NCBI RefSeq assembly: GCF_009834535.1
Contig: NC_045696.1
Coordinates: forward strand, 121,150,001 to 121,214,000
DNA from: Camelus ferus
Lineage: Eukaryota
Length of the DNA: 64,000 nucleotides
Reading direction: 5' to 3'
The notes under the pieces are model-generated. The model had not been told where the DNA came from. It did no database searches and saw only the letters and a list, made by a program, of their open reading frames with translations. Of this stretch, positions 1 through 13,775 are shown piece by piece. Made by a program: the position numbers and the translations under genes. The first letter of the stretch is position 1, and every line of letters begins with the position of its first letter.

Positions 1-72
1 ATACGGAGTCCCGTGCCTCTGCCCTGGGGCACTGCTGTCACCATCCCTAAAAGGGCCACTGCAGACACTTAC

Positions 73-150
73 TCTCAGTCCAAATGCTGTCCTGTCGATG
101 TTCCCCAGGGGTCCCGGCATTTTAGCTCCAGGCCAGACTCTGGCAACATC
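73..150 (-). CDS. MRPL3: MRPL3 exon 8 (78 nt; [26 protein letters not shown]); gene continues beyond the left edge
   Basis: Acceptor ttctctcctttAG, donor AGA|GTAAGT; uL3 RVWPG.KMPG motif. Confidence 0.96.
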
Positions 151-1119
151 CTAAAGGAGAGAACCACATTTGCACTTTTTACATAGTACCTTCAATTTCA
201 AAGAGTACCCATGAAACCAACATGCAAGTAAGATATAAGCCATTAAAATGTTCTCCCCCATGTTTTGCTAGGCCCCGGTAAAGAACTAAATGTGGATTCA
301 ATCAAACTGACTCCTAGAGAATTTCTAAACTAGATTAAAACAACAAAAATACAGACTAAGAACACATTTAAGAGAAAAACTCAGTAACATGAGAGTAACT
401 GAGCCAATCATGGTTTAAGAAGTAAAAACAAAAACAACAAAGGACATACAAACAAGTCACACCATCATTGTAAGAAAAATACTGCCCGCCTGGCCTGTTT
501 TCAGTAACCTGCATGAACACCCACAGCTCTGCTGCCGGAACGGTCCTACCCTCCCAGCCCTGCTTTTGATGTTTCTGTCGTCCCGCGGAATGATTAAAGG
601 ACAGTTAGTCATCAGAGCTCCGGGCTTGCTTGGCCGGCCCTGGCCGTCTCTAACTCGTGTAAATCAAACAGCCGCACATCGTCTGATTTTAGCTTTGACA
701 GTGGATCATATTCCACATCTGGAAAAACAAATCTGAATTACATCCACAGTGGAAAGCTGCTCATGATACAAGTTCTTGAAATAAAAACAATTGCATCACT
801 GTTCTCACAACAGGTGAAACTCCCAGCAGAAGCAGCTCAGCCTATCAGCAGAGTTGGTTACTCTGCAGCCAACAGTTTAAAGCCAATTCTGAGTATTACA
901 GACTGTCTCTTACTTATTCTATAAACAGTCTGATAAGCACCGTGCTCAGCATGACCTTAGTAAAAAGGACTCTGCCCTCCTCAAGTAAACTTATACTTGT
1001 TAAAACTACACCCTGACTCAGGCCGTTTAATAGCTAATGGAAGAAGCATTTACAAACAGAACAGTGTATTTCATGAAGAATAACCAACTCGAGTCATAAG
1101 ATTCGGTTCTCCTATAGGC

Positions 1120-1330
1120 CTAATTTTTTTAAAGAGTTGTAATGAGATATAATTCACATAACCACACTTCAGCCATTTAAAGTATAGTTTAATGTTTTTA
1201 GTACATTCAGAGTTGTGTATTATCATAATCAGTTTTGAAACATTTCCATCCACCCAAAACAAATTCCATACATGCTGGAGGACACCCCTCCAGCTGCCGC
1301 GCTGTCCAGCCCCCGCCCCGCCCCGCCTGC
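1120..1330 (-). mobile_element. Old L1 (L1MB-like) 3' end fragment
   Basis: gagatataattcacata...ccatttaaagt...ttagtacattcagagttgtg resembles the reverse complement of an old L1M 3' UTR. Confidence 0.6.
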
Positions 1331-2397
1331 AACATGGCAGCAGACACGATGCTCCTTTACCTGCAAGTAGTTCAGTGTGTCTCCTAAGAACAAGGACGCT
1401 CTCTGACATACGCACAGCAGTTACGAAACTCAGGAAATGTAACACATTAGCTAATCTACCAGCCACACTTGAACTCTGACAACTGTAATGTCCTTTCGAG
1501 CTGTTTCTCCAAGTCTGGGGTCTTAGCTGTCGTGTCTCCCTAGTCTCCTGACAAATAAAGTTACAAAGACTAATTTTGTGCAGACGTACTTTATACCTTT
1601 GGGAGAACACATACAGGGTCAAGTCCCAGAAGTGGGACTCCTGCGTCAAAGGCAAACGTGCAGCCTTGCTAGATAGTGCCTGCCACAGTTTCCCTCCACA
1701 GAGGACACACTATTTTACACTCCCGCCAGGGACGGGTGAGGGTGCCTGCTTCCCCACACTCCTGCCAATGGAGTGGCAAAAAGTGAGCAGCTTGCCAGCC
1801 CAATCCGCTGGGTGAGAAACTCGCTCAAGAGTAGCTTTCATCTGTCTCTCTCTTACAAGAGGGAGAATATATTTGCAAGCTTTAGAGACTGAATTTGCAT
1901 CTCTCATGGTCTCAAGGATAAGGCTCCTGCAGGCCCTTTTCGCCGTACCTCTGGGACCAGCGTCAGACCAGTCCCAGAGGTCCAGGGGACTGGGTCAGCA
2001 ACACACAACTCCCCCTCTATTTCCTGCACGTTCACTGCCTGTCTCCACTTTTTCTCCACTACTTTTCCCTCGCATCATTATACTGTCCTTAGCAACCCTT
2101 CCCTATGGTCCCTTGGTACTTTGTACAGACAAAATCCATCTGTGAGGGACCAGGGAGGGCACTCTGACCCTGTTTCCTGCAGCTGGCTAGAGAGTGTGGG
2201 AGGGGAGACAGAGACAGGAACGAGGAAGCAGGCAGGAGAGTCCCCAGGGTCCTGGCTGTGGCCAGCCAGGCCGTCACCATGTGACAAAGTAAGGCCAGCA
2301 CTCACCTGGGGTCACATTCAAATTACAGCCCGGTCCCCTGGACAGACTGAAGCCCTCTGCGCACAGAGGCTGAACCTTTGGCTGTAAAGGAGGATCA

Positions 2398-2541
<144 letters not shown>

Positions 2542-3918
2542 TTACATAATCAACACAGGGTAAGAGATTCCCAACTGCCCGCTCTGGCAGTACCTGAGAG
2601 CTTGACAAAGCTCCTTATCTAAACAACAAGGAAAGGCCATTCGAGCGAAACTGCAAATGAACATGTGCTCTCCTCTGCCCTGGTCTGCACCTTCCTGGAG
2701 TCTCATCTACGTGAAATGACTGGTTCACGATCGCGGGACAACAGCGAGCTAAGCAGGGGGAGTGCCATCACCCTAGGACACAAGGCAGGGGAAGTGGGTC
2801 CCTTCAGAAGTTCAGGGTACTCAGAGGAGACGTGGCAGGAGCCACTGAGAGCCCACCTCTGGCACACATGCCCCCGTGTGATCAATCACCTCCCTAGAGT
2901 CTGGGTGTACCCAGCAGGGAATAAACCCCACAGAAGTGGCCTCGGTCCCAGGGACCAGCTCCATCTCTGCACCCTCTTGCTTGCGAGGCCCTGAAGGAAG
3001 CTGCTGTTGGACACGAGCTGGGCATGGACGGTCCCGTGGGAGCACATCTCCGGCCAGCAGCTGTGGACCTGACACCCGCCTGGGCTGAGCCCCTGGGCCC
3101 ACAGCCCCCGCTGAGCTGCACGGACCATGTGCCCACCCAGACCGCAGCAAGGGGAGACAGACATGTTCATTGTTTCAGGGGACTGTGTTAGGCAGCAGTG
3201 TATACAGAACATGAAATAAAACAGCAATCTTGTCCTAAATACTACAGAAATTTGACTTTTAGAAGATGGATCTTGGTTTCAAGGTCTGACTCTGAAGCCA
3301 ATAGAGAAATAAAAAAAGAGACTAACAATTTCTTAAAATTGTAACATTTCAATTTTAACAAAACCATTCTAGTTTCAAACTCTGCTAACTAGAGAAATGC
3401 TCTTCAATTAGGTAGAAGCAATACTAAGGTTCAAGCATGATTAAGGCTTGTCTCTGACTGTCAAATACATCAGGACAAATGACACAATGAAAGGACCAGA
3501 ATGAATTTTAGACTCTACTAGGTATATTTTTATAGACGCATGCAATGAACACTTTTTACCTTTTAATAGATAACATGTGAACACAGTTTTGAAGTAGTAT
3601 CCCCTACACATAGCATAGCTGGCTACTACTAAATAGAGCATATTTCAGGACACTTACAAACAGGACCACACGCCGCAGATTACAAAAACTATGTTATTTC
3701 CACAAGGACTTTGCTGTGCATTTAACAGAGTTATCAGAAAGTTAAGCCCACATGAATAAGATAGTTTGTTTTAGATAAATCAAGAATTCCACACAAACAC
3801 AAGTACGTATAGAATATAACAGCCGAGTATTATCAAATCACAGGTCAAAGGTTATGTGTATACGAATAATTCAGGTATAGCTTTCTCACATTAGTCAACT
3901 GAACACATCATGGCGTAT

Positions 3919-4147
3919 ACGGCACGCCTGGTCTCACCGTGCTCCACAGATACTAATGGTCAGCACTTTTCAGCCATGAAGTATTTTTAAATTAAGGTAC
4001 ATATGTGGTGTTTTTAGACATAACACTAAGAGACTACAGTACAGTGCAAAGGTAACTTCTATGTGCACTGGAGAACCAAACAATGTGTGTGACTCGCTTT
4101 ACTGAGGTGGCCTGGACCCGAACTGCAGTATCTCCGAGGCATGCCTG
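3919..4147 (+). mobile_element. Internally deleted Tigger1-like DNA transposon
   Basis: Ends ...gtatctccgaggcatgcctg; internal tgtgtgactcgcttta and aagtatttttaaattaaggtac typical of the Tigger1 3' end. Confidence 0.75.
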
Positions 4148-4469
4148 AACGTAATTCTTTTCAGCCTCAAAAACTCAAAATAATGCTTATTCCTGATCAA
4201 AGAGCTAAAACAGACACTTAACATATACTCACTGAAAAGCCACTATAAACTTGGCAAGATTAACATCTAAGAAGAGCAACCATTTATCATCATAATATCA
4301 AATGTTTTCCTGAAATTCTGCTTCAGAAACTTAACAAATATTTCCACTTAACAGTGAATTTTAGAATATATTTGAAAAATAAATGCTTGGCAATTTAAAA
4401 ATAAAAAAGAAGTGAATCCTTTGAACCTATGATACTGTTTGGCAAATACCACTTTAAAGGAAAAAAGGG

Positions 4470-6424
4470 AAGGGACTGGCGACATCGAATCTAAAACGAG
4501 CACGTGGAAGCTGGTGGAATGCTAGGACCACGCGCTCCCCTCTCCTCGTGACTACAACGAAAGCACAACTGGCTGCTAAACAACCATCGGAAAAAAAGCC
4601 TGGAACCTAGCAAAGAAGATCTTCTGCAACTGGCAACATAAAGAGGGCACCACAGCAGGATGGTAGGAGGGGCGTGCTCTCGATATAATCGGGCCCCATA
4701 CCCCCAGGGTGGGAGACCCACCAGCTGAAAAACATTAAGTTGCAGAGGCCCTCCCACAGGAATGAGAGTTCTGACCCCCACGCCAGGCTCCCCAGCCCAG
4801 GGTTCTGGCAGTGGGAAGAGAGGGAGACCCCAGGACATCAGGTTTTGAAGGCCAGCAGGGCTTGGCTCCAGGAGCCCCACAGGACTGGGGGAAACAGACA
4901 CTCCATTCTCTTGGGACGCATACATAGAATCTCAAGTGTGCTAGGTCCAAGGGCAGAGGCAGTGATTTCATATGAACCTGGGTCAGGCCTGCCTGCTGGT
5001 TTTGGAAGGTTTCCTGGGAATGTAGGGGAAGCCTGCAGCTCACCCAGGGCACATAAAAGCTGGTGGCAGACATTCCGGGAGTGTTCATCTACATGAGCTT
5101 TCCTGGAGTCTTGACTGCATCATCAGCACCAAGATCTAGCCCCATCCATCAGACTTCCTGAGCCACTAGACACACCCCTAGACACAACCCTACCCACCAG
5201 AAGACCAGGACCAAGCTTCAGTCAGCAGTGGGGAGGCACCAGCTCCACCTGCATAAGCCTCTAGTCTAGCCACATCCACCAGGGGCAGATAACAGAAATA
5301 AGAAGCCAAAGCCTGTGGAAGGAATCCACAAATGCAGGCCAGACTCTATACTGGGACTGGCTGGAACCTGGCCCTCGGGGACAAGAGAGGAGTGTGCTGC
5401 TGGGACACACAGGACGTCTCCCACAGAGAGCCACCTCTCCAAGGTCGAGACACATAACTAACCTACCTAAAAATACAAATAGAAAGATAGACAATATGAG
5501 GTGGCAGAGGAATATCTCCCAGGCCAAGGCACAAGATAAAATCCCAAAAGACGAAATAAGTGATGAGGAGACAGGCAGTTTATCTGAGAAAGAGTTTAAA
5601 GTAATGATGGCCAATATGTTCAGAGAACTCAAGAGGAGTATAGATGCACAGTGTGAAGTTTTTAGCAAAGAGTTTGAAAATATAAAGAATACCCAAACAG
5701 TTGAATAAAATCACTGAAATGAGTAACACACTAGAAGGAACCAAGAATAGACTAAATGAGGCAGAAGAACAGATCAATGAGCTAGAAGACAGATTAGTGG
5801 AAATCACTACTGCAGAACAGAAAAAAGAAAAAAGAATGAAAAAAACGAGGATAGTTTAAGAGAACTCTGGGACAACATGAACGCACTAATAGTCATTTAT
5901 AGGGGTCCCAAAAAGAGAGGAGAGAGAGAAAGGACCTGAGGAAATTTTTGGAAAGATAATGACTGAAAAATTCCCCAATTTGGGAAAGGAAACAGTCACC
6001 TAAGTCAAGGAAGTACAGAGAGTTCCACACAGCATCAAGCCAAAGAGGAACATACCAAGGCACAATTTGACAAAAATTAAGGATAAGGAAAAAATATTAA
6101 AATTAGCAAGAGAAAAGCAACAAATAACATATAAGGGAGCTCCCATAAGGTTATCAGTGATTTTTCAGCAGAAACTCTCCAAGCCAGAAGGGAGTGGCAT
6201 GATATATTTAAAGTGATGAAAGGGGAAAACTTACAACCAAGAATACTCTATCCAGCAAGGCTCTCGTTCAGATTTGATGGAGAAATCAAATAACAGATAA
6301 AAGCTAAAAGGTTTCAGCACCACTAAACCAGCTTTACAACAAATGTTAAAGGAACTTCTCTAGTCATCAAACCGTAAGACAAGACAACAAAAAGAAGAAA
6401 GAGGGGGAAAAAAAAGACCTACAA
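4470..6424 (+). mobile_element. LINE-1 5' UTR plus degenerate ORF1
   Basis: ORF1-like remnants (MRWQRNISQAKAQDK...LSEKEFKVM; nucleotide remnants of the GVP and YPA motifs) broken by stops and frameshifts. Confidence 0.9.
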
Positions 6425-6725
6425 AGGATTGCTTTGGCAATTCAAGGTGTTCTATGGTCCCATAAAGATTTTGGAATTGCTTGCTCTGGTTCTGTGAAAA
6501 ATGTGAGTATTTTGACAGGGGTTGCACTGGATCTGTGGGTTGCTCTGGGTAGTGTGGCCATTTTGATAATGTTGATTTTTCCAATCCAAGAGCACAAGAT
6601 CTCTCTTCATTTCTTTGTAACATCTTCAATTTCCTTCATCAGTGTTTTACAGTTTTTAGAGCATAGGTAACCTCCTTGGTTAAGTTTATTTCTAGGTATG
6701 TCTAGGTTGTTTTAGATGTAATGGA
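6425..6725 (-). mobile_element. LINE-1 ORF2 fragment, inverted relative to the adjacent 5' L1
   Basis: Reverse complement of the ORF2 segment encoding roughly YLEINLTK...SWIG.INIIKMA. Confidence 0.8.
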
Positions 6726-6799
6726 AATGTTTATGCCAGTTATAAAATTCTGGTTTTTGAAGTGGAAAGAAAAAGTGAATGAAGGGTTGTGAATGGCAA

Positions 6800-6955
6800 A
6801 ATACCCTTCTTTCTTATGGTGAGTTGTGTTCCATTACATATATATGCTGCACCTTCTTAACCCACTCATCTATTGATGTGCATTTACGATGCTGCCATGT
6901 CTTGGCGATTATAAATAATGTTGCTGTTAATAGCAGGGTGTATGTATCTTTTTTA
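6800..6955 (-). mobile_element. LINE-1 ORF2 C-terminal fragment
   Basis: ccactcatctattgatg...ccatgtcttggcgattataaataatg, typical antisense L1. Confidence 0.7.
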
Positions 6956-9900
6956 ATTAATTCTTATTTTGTGGTTGGCTTTACTCCTTTGATAACTATG
7001 TAAGTTTAAAAAGCTAAAGCTCTAAACGTTCTTAGAAACAATGAACAGTACATATATGCAAATTTTTAAAAAATATGTGCAGTATATTGTCTATATGTAT
7101 TTACATGCAATATATTGTGTATGTGCAGTCAAACTGTAACAATTCTACCTAATAAAACTGAAAACTGAAACAAAACAAAACCACGTTCTGACACTGGCCA
7201 TTCTGGCAAAAGTGTGTCTCCAATGGCTTCGTCTCTACTTAAGAAAGCGAGCCCGAGTGTGAGCCGTGAAGAACAGGCCAGGTGAGTGTCAAAGAAAATG
7301 TGTTTCATTTTAACAGTGAAGTGCTAATTATCTTTAGGCTAATTACAGCTGTTTTCCATCTAGTTCTAGAACACATCATGTTCTATGTGCACAATGGGGG
7401 CCTCTTCAATAAACAGCACACGTGATGTGACAGATGGTCGGCGGAACTGAGACCGTGGAGGACGCAGAACGCGGGCGCAGGTGTCTCTCCCACTGTTTCT
7501 CTGTTGTGGTCCAACCGCAGAACACACAGCAGGAGCAAGAAGGGAACTAATCTATACTGAGCGCACCCAAGCACGTTTGAGAGAGGACGTTTTCACGGGT
7601 CACATCATATAAACCCTTCATTTCACTAAAAATGATACAAAACACGTAATATGTGCTTTCTCTTCCCCACCCATTTTCTGCTGTTTATAGTTAGTGGTAG
7701 CGGAAAAAATATCAAAGGACAATTCAGAGCAGGAAGAACACAATGTTAGAAATTCCACATTTAGTGAAATATATCTGAAAATCAGGAAAACATAAAAGAT
7801 GTATTTTAGTTAGGGCATTTATACTGTTAAAACTAAAACTTCATCAAAAAGTCTCAGAGATGCCATTTAAACTTAGGAATCTCCGTCGCCCGTGTTCTCA
7901 GACTTACTTCCTTACTAGACTTGAAGTCCACCAAGCACAGGGACTGGGCGCCGTCCCACCCCGGCGCCCAACCTAGAGGACTCAGGTCGTTCTGTCCTGG
8001 GTACAGCTGTGCCTTAGGGAGACAGATGATTATTTCCTTCATTCTGTCCTGCAGTTCCCAAATGCTGTCTAATGGGCAAGGCTGTTTTTTGTTTTTTTAG
8101 GGAGAAATTCATTAGGGAGACCTAAGAAATGAGGCAGCCATAGGGGTAGCAGGTAGTGACTGGCTGGCTGACCAATATGCTACTCAGACACAGGGTGACC
8201 CTAGGAAGCCTGCCTAAAGTTATTTTCAGTATACTTAATATATATAAAGTGTAAATTATATATAAAATATATATATTTAAACTGAGCAGCAGCATCAATA
8301 ACCACATACCACGAGGAAACAGGACCTGTAGATTCACTCCAGGCAAGGCATTACACAAACAAAAATAAATTCAATAATTCAACAGCAAAACCTCTCAAGG
8401 GATAAACACCAGAAGGCACTGTTGCTAGACTATGTTATCAAAAATGTTTAGTTTCCAATAAAAAACTGAGACTTGGGCAAGCGTTTCTGAAGGTTTACAC
8501 AGGCTATATAAAGACAGGGAGGAGGGGCTTACAGGTGTGACTAAGAACCTGCGGCTGAGAACGCGCCGTCAGATGTTCCCGGGGCACCGCACGGCTCCAG
8601 AGACCAGTACTGCGTGGACGCCATCCCCTGCTAAGATGTGACAGACGCCTCCGTGTCCACCAGCAGACACCCTTCACGCGGCTCCCCACTTCGTGGGAAC
8701 TGCCTCTGACTGCCCGGTTCTGGACACACTTGGACGCGGGGGTGAACACAGCGTCCCTGAGGGGAGGCCTGCCCTCGACCCTGTGCACTGAGTCCTCCCA
8801 GAGGGGCCTCCAACGTCCTCACACCGAGTCCCTCCGTCGCCCCTGCGGGCCCCTGGCAGTGCCGGAAGTCCATCGCCACCTGACTCAGCGCTGCTGTCTG
8901 AGCCTGGGGTGGGTGACGGGAAGCAGCTCCTGAGTGCACGGGTGAGCCGTGGTGGAACTTCCCAGGTGCTCCACGATCCAGCAAGGACTTCACAGGCGGC
9001 GTGGTCTCTGCACAGTGTCCCCCTCGGGGGTGGCTCTGCAGCAGCATGGCCTGGAGTGCAGGTATCCGCTTCCGTCTGAAGCCCACAAGCCCCTCAGCAT
9101 CTGGGAACACCCTCATCAACAGTGATGCCGAGAGCACAGAGCACTGCCTGGAGCTCTGCCGTCAAATCCAGCTCACTCAACAGGACAGGGAGCCGCCTGT
9201 GCCGGGCCAGGGACCTCGTAGAGAAGAGGGCATCTTCTGGCTGTCCTAAGTAAACCCAGGACACCACGCTGCTGTCCTGAGTTCAGTCTGCCATTCCCCA
9301 AAAGAAAACTCAAACAACCAATTCTGCAGTACCAGGAAAAGACAGAAATTTTCTGAAGGTCCTTGGCCACATCATCTCTCGCTGCAGCTCAGAAGCCCGC
9401 CATGCGCTATGATGCACTGCTGTGTCTCTTTCAATACAGAGAAAGTGAGTCATGCCACTTGGAAAATTGGAGGGTTATTTTTTGGATACAGATTTGCAGA
9501 ACTGAAAGGAACCTTAGGAAAGATCTGGTCCTATGCCTTTATGTTAAAGACAATGAAGTCTCCACTGGGAGAAACTAGGCCCCTTGGCCAAGGTCAAACC
9601 CCTGGTACATGGAGGCACCAGGTCACACTTTCAACCCAGGTCACACTGCCTCCTGAGAAACACAGCAAAGCCAAAATACAAAACTACCCAGCACATCAGA
9701 GAGGCAGGAAGCTATTTCAAGGGCATCCTTGTCACACTGTAAATTCTAGGTAATTACAACGACCCACTGTGCTTTGGAAAGCCCCTACTTTGCTACACGA
9801 AACAGCCTAAAGTAAAAGGCAGTAACCTGATGTATTAGAAGATACCACCACTGAATTCCTAATGACCTAATGTTTTTAATTCATTTAAAGAGGTATTTCC

Positions 9901-11499
9901 TAATGAGGAAAACACACTTTCCCTTTAAAAACTTGAAACAAATGAGAAAGCAGTAACGTCAGCAGGGGTGACTGGCGCCAACCCTCCTGAGCAGTCCGTG
10001 TGTCCCCACCCCGATCTAAGCGTCATCTGTCCGTCTTCTCACTCAGTCTTTCTGGGGCGGCGGAGGCTGGTGCTGCGGTCAGTCCCAAGGTGACGATGAG
10101 GCAACAGAGAGGCTGAGAAAGCCGCCTAGGTCACAGGGCTGCCGGGGAGCAGGGCCCTCCGTCCAGCCTCCCGGGGTCACCTCCGATAGGATGCTATGAC
10201 CGAATGAATGAAGAGGGATTGTTTCTGACAGAGACTATTTTCCTCTGCAATTTACTCATTTTGAAAATTGTCCCACTAGTATGCTTAGAAATTTCCTGCT
10301 TTGAATACCTAGTAAACGAAGTGACTTACTAAACATGAACACACCCAACAGGTGCAGAGCTGGGGGCACCTGCACCTGAAGGCAGCTCCTGCCCTGTCTC
10401 CTCCCCGAGCTCCCAGTGGGCTGGTCCGAGTGTGCAGCACTCTTCTCACACGGGTGCGCCCCTGGCCACAGCCCCCGAGAGCCTTCGCTTCTGTAAGAAG
10501 CTACCTGGCTTCCATTCACTCAGATGGACCAGGTTTCTGTACAAATTTGTTGATACATTAATGAAAGAACCCAGGAAACTCCCCTTCCTTCATTTTACCC
10601 CAGGGACAACACGATCAAAGTCAGTCCTGTCTTTATCTTGAGGCCAAAGGGTACCAAAGACTTCAGAAACAGTGAGATTATGCAAGAAATTGCCGTTAAA
10701 GCACTATGACTATGCCTGAAAATATATAGGTTGCTTTAACTAGCCCAGACTCAGGGATTTTTAGCTTATCCTTCATCCAGAAAGAAAAACTCTCTTAAGG
10801 AGCTGAATGAGCTGTTTTCTGATTTTAGTCTGGGCTTCAAGAAATTCCATCAGGTGTGTTGGCCGGTCATGAATTTCAAGCTCAGCGAGACCCTGGCAGG
10901 AAAGTGCCCTGGGCGTCCCCCCTGCCTGTGTCATCTTTTTCTCCCAAATAACACAGAATGCATTTTTACAGTTTTCTTTCTGTTTATCTTAGTTTCATTC
11001 TATTCTGATTTCTTTCCTTTAAAAAAAAAAAAAGAAAAACAAAACAAAAAAACCCTGCAAGCTATATAAGCAACACTAGAATCCAACAGAAAACAATTAA
11101 CAGAATCTATGCTGACAAAAGAATCAACAGTCACACCATAGCTCACTCACTATGTGTATTTTTATCTAGAGCTGTCTCCTCGTCAAAACTGAGAGAAACA
11201 AAGGGAAAACGAGAAACCCCCAAACCCACCATCTATGAGAAGTTACACTGGAAAACAATCGCCACCACAGAACAAGAATATAATCTTTAAAGGGTCCTTG
11301 TATGGGGCAGGTGGTGGTGGTGGTGGTGGTGTGGGGCACATCATTACACGTGCTACACTTTAACTTTTATTTCAAATACATGACATAAAGCTCCCATATT
11401 TCACAGGCAGGGCCGTATTATCTATTAATAGCATAATGAAACATTATTCTGCTAGGATGGTTCTACGTATCAGATGTAAAGATCTTTCCCATATAATCT

Positions 11500-11594
11500 T
11501 TTTTTTTTTTTTTTTTAAATGGAGGTACTGGGGTTGAACCCAGGACCTCATGTATGCTAAGCACATGCTTCACCACTGAGCTATACCCTCCCCC
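11500..11594 (-). mobile_element. Camelid tRNA-derived SINE (Vic-1-like), short-tail form
   Basis: Reverse complement of ggggagggtatagctcagtggt...cctgggttcaa with poly(A); TSD cccatataatct. Confidence 0.9.
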
Positions 11595-13775
11595 ATATAA
11601 TCTAAATTGAATCTGTATTCTCAGACCCTTTTGATGAAAACTATTTATTTAAAAGTAAAAATTAAAAATAACTATTAAATATATATTGACCTCACACTAT
11701 AAAGTGACACTGATAAATTTACTTATTTATATAAAGAATTATACCCAAATTCAGCACCTTTCAATGTAAGGTGATTTCTAATGCAGTCATTAAACATTTT
11801 TCTTAAAAAACATAAGGAGGTCTAGCAGAAGAGGCTGCTACTGTTGGTTACTGGTCACTTTAAAAACATGTCCGCAGACAATTTCATTCTTGAAGTAGAA
11901 AGATTCTATTAACACTGTATTTTCTTAAAATAATATGTTTAAATTTTTCTAATTTAGTTAGTTATTTCTAAAGTATATTTAATCCAGCAATTAGAATCGA
12001 AGCTATAAGATAAAAACTTGAAATACTCAAAATATGTGTAGATTTAACAATTAAATATAATTATTACATGAGACAAATGAAGAACTTCAATTGTAGAGAG
12101 AAAAGTCTCAAATTAATCAACAGCAAGGAGCCAGCGAAGCCAGTGACTAAGGAACGTGGGTGACACACAGGCCTGCTCTTCTGACAAGCCACATGGAAGT
12201 GGGCTGACCAGACTGACCTGCTTTAAAACCAAAGCTTGAATGTTCCAGTCAGAGCAGAGTTAGGACAAGGCGGGCACGGGGCGGCGCCCAGCGCAGGAGC
12301 TTGTGGGAAACGCCCTTTGTCAGCTACGGCCCCCGGCCTATCCAATCTGAAGACGGGGGCCGCGCCTGACACGCCCTCCTGGAGACCGAAGCCCCTAACA
12401 CGTGAGAACTGACACTCCAGCCTGTAAACCCGTGTCCCTCATGACCTCCCACGTCACTGCGGCTTTTCCCTCTAGTGTCTGCACCTCTAACACGATTAAT
12501 CAAGAGGGCGGAGCCCAGAAGTTTCAAAATTTTAAAACAGGGACTGAAAATGGGGGACAAGGTAGAAAATTCCCACCTGCAAGTGAGTCACAGCAAGGGG
12601 CTGCAAGGATTAGAGCCTACGCCCAAAAGATGACGCTTCTATTTACAACCAACAAGGAAAAACATTCTCACTGCTGCCAAGGACTGAAACTCCAAGTGGG
12701 GGGAACTGTTCAAAAACTGAGAAGCAGCTGGGAAAGGTGACAGAAGAATTTAAAAAGGAAAAAGAGAAGCAAGCAAACTCATGTGCGCGCGTGCGCGCAC
12801 ACACACACAAGCTCAGGGACGTCAACGGCAGAGGGAAGAGGCAGCCTCCACCAGGACTGTGTGCAGCTCAGACCCAGTGCTGCACCGGGAAGGAATTCCA
12901 ACATCTCTATGTGGGAAGCACAGAGTTCTACTAATTTATAAGTGCTTACAAGCATCCTGAGGCCAAAATAACATGCTGGCGACAAGAGTCATGGCCGTCA
13001 GAAACCTTCAGTGAAAGGTCAAATGAAGTCCGTTTCACCCTGATCTCAGGTCTCCCCTCGGAAAGGTAAGCAGACAGGTCACACGGTGGAAGTTCAGCAG
13101 TGAGGGCCCCTTTTCCAGAGGTGAATGCCAACTACTAAACCCCAGCTAGTGAATCCCCCAGCCTGTAGCAGCCTAGTCCCGAGGCCAGCATGGGGCTGTA
13201 CACAGCTTCCTTCTCCAGTACGTGACCTTCAAACACAAAACAAAACCAATACACTCTCCTTCCACTTTACGCTCCTGAGCAGAAGTATTTAAAGGTAGCT
13301 TTTCAGAAGCCCAGGGAACCCAACAGCAGCGCATGAAACACAAGCATCTAGAACACAGGCACTGGGAAGCCGGTCACAAATATCCCCACAGGGCATTTGC
13401 TAACAAGGGAATCTGACTCTGCAGAGCTCCCTGAAATATCTAATTTATACTGTAAAATATGTAATGAGATGTACACACTATTAACTGTATGTAAATTAAC
13501 AGAATTACCGTGAGGTATTTTATTACATGTAACAATTCAGAAACTTAAATAGTAAAATCATCTGATTCACAACACACACATCTCCCCAGCTAACCAAACC
13601 AAAGCTTTATAGCTCCAGTATATTATTCATTTCTTCACAAGGGCAGGGAGGACAAAAAGCATTATCAAGAAACCAGCGATTTTAGAGGCCCCAGGAAGCA
13701 GGAAAGAGTCTGCAACAATCAGAAAGCAGGGAAAAAAAAAAACAAAGGCTCACAGTTTCCTTAAAAAGAGGCCCA

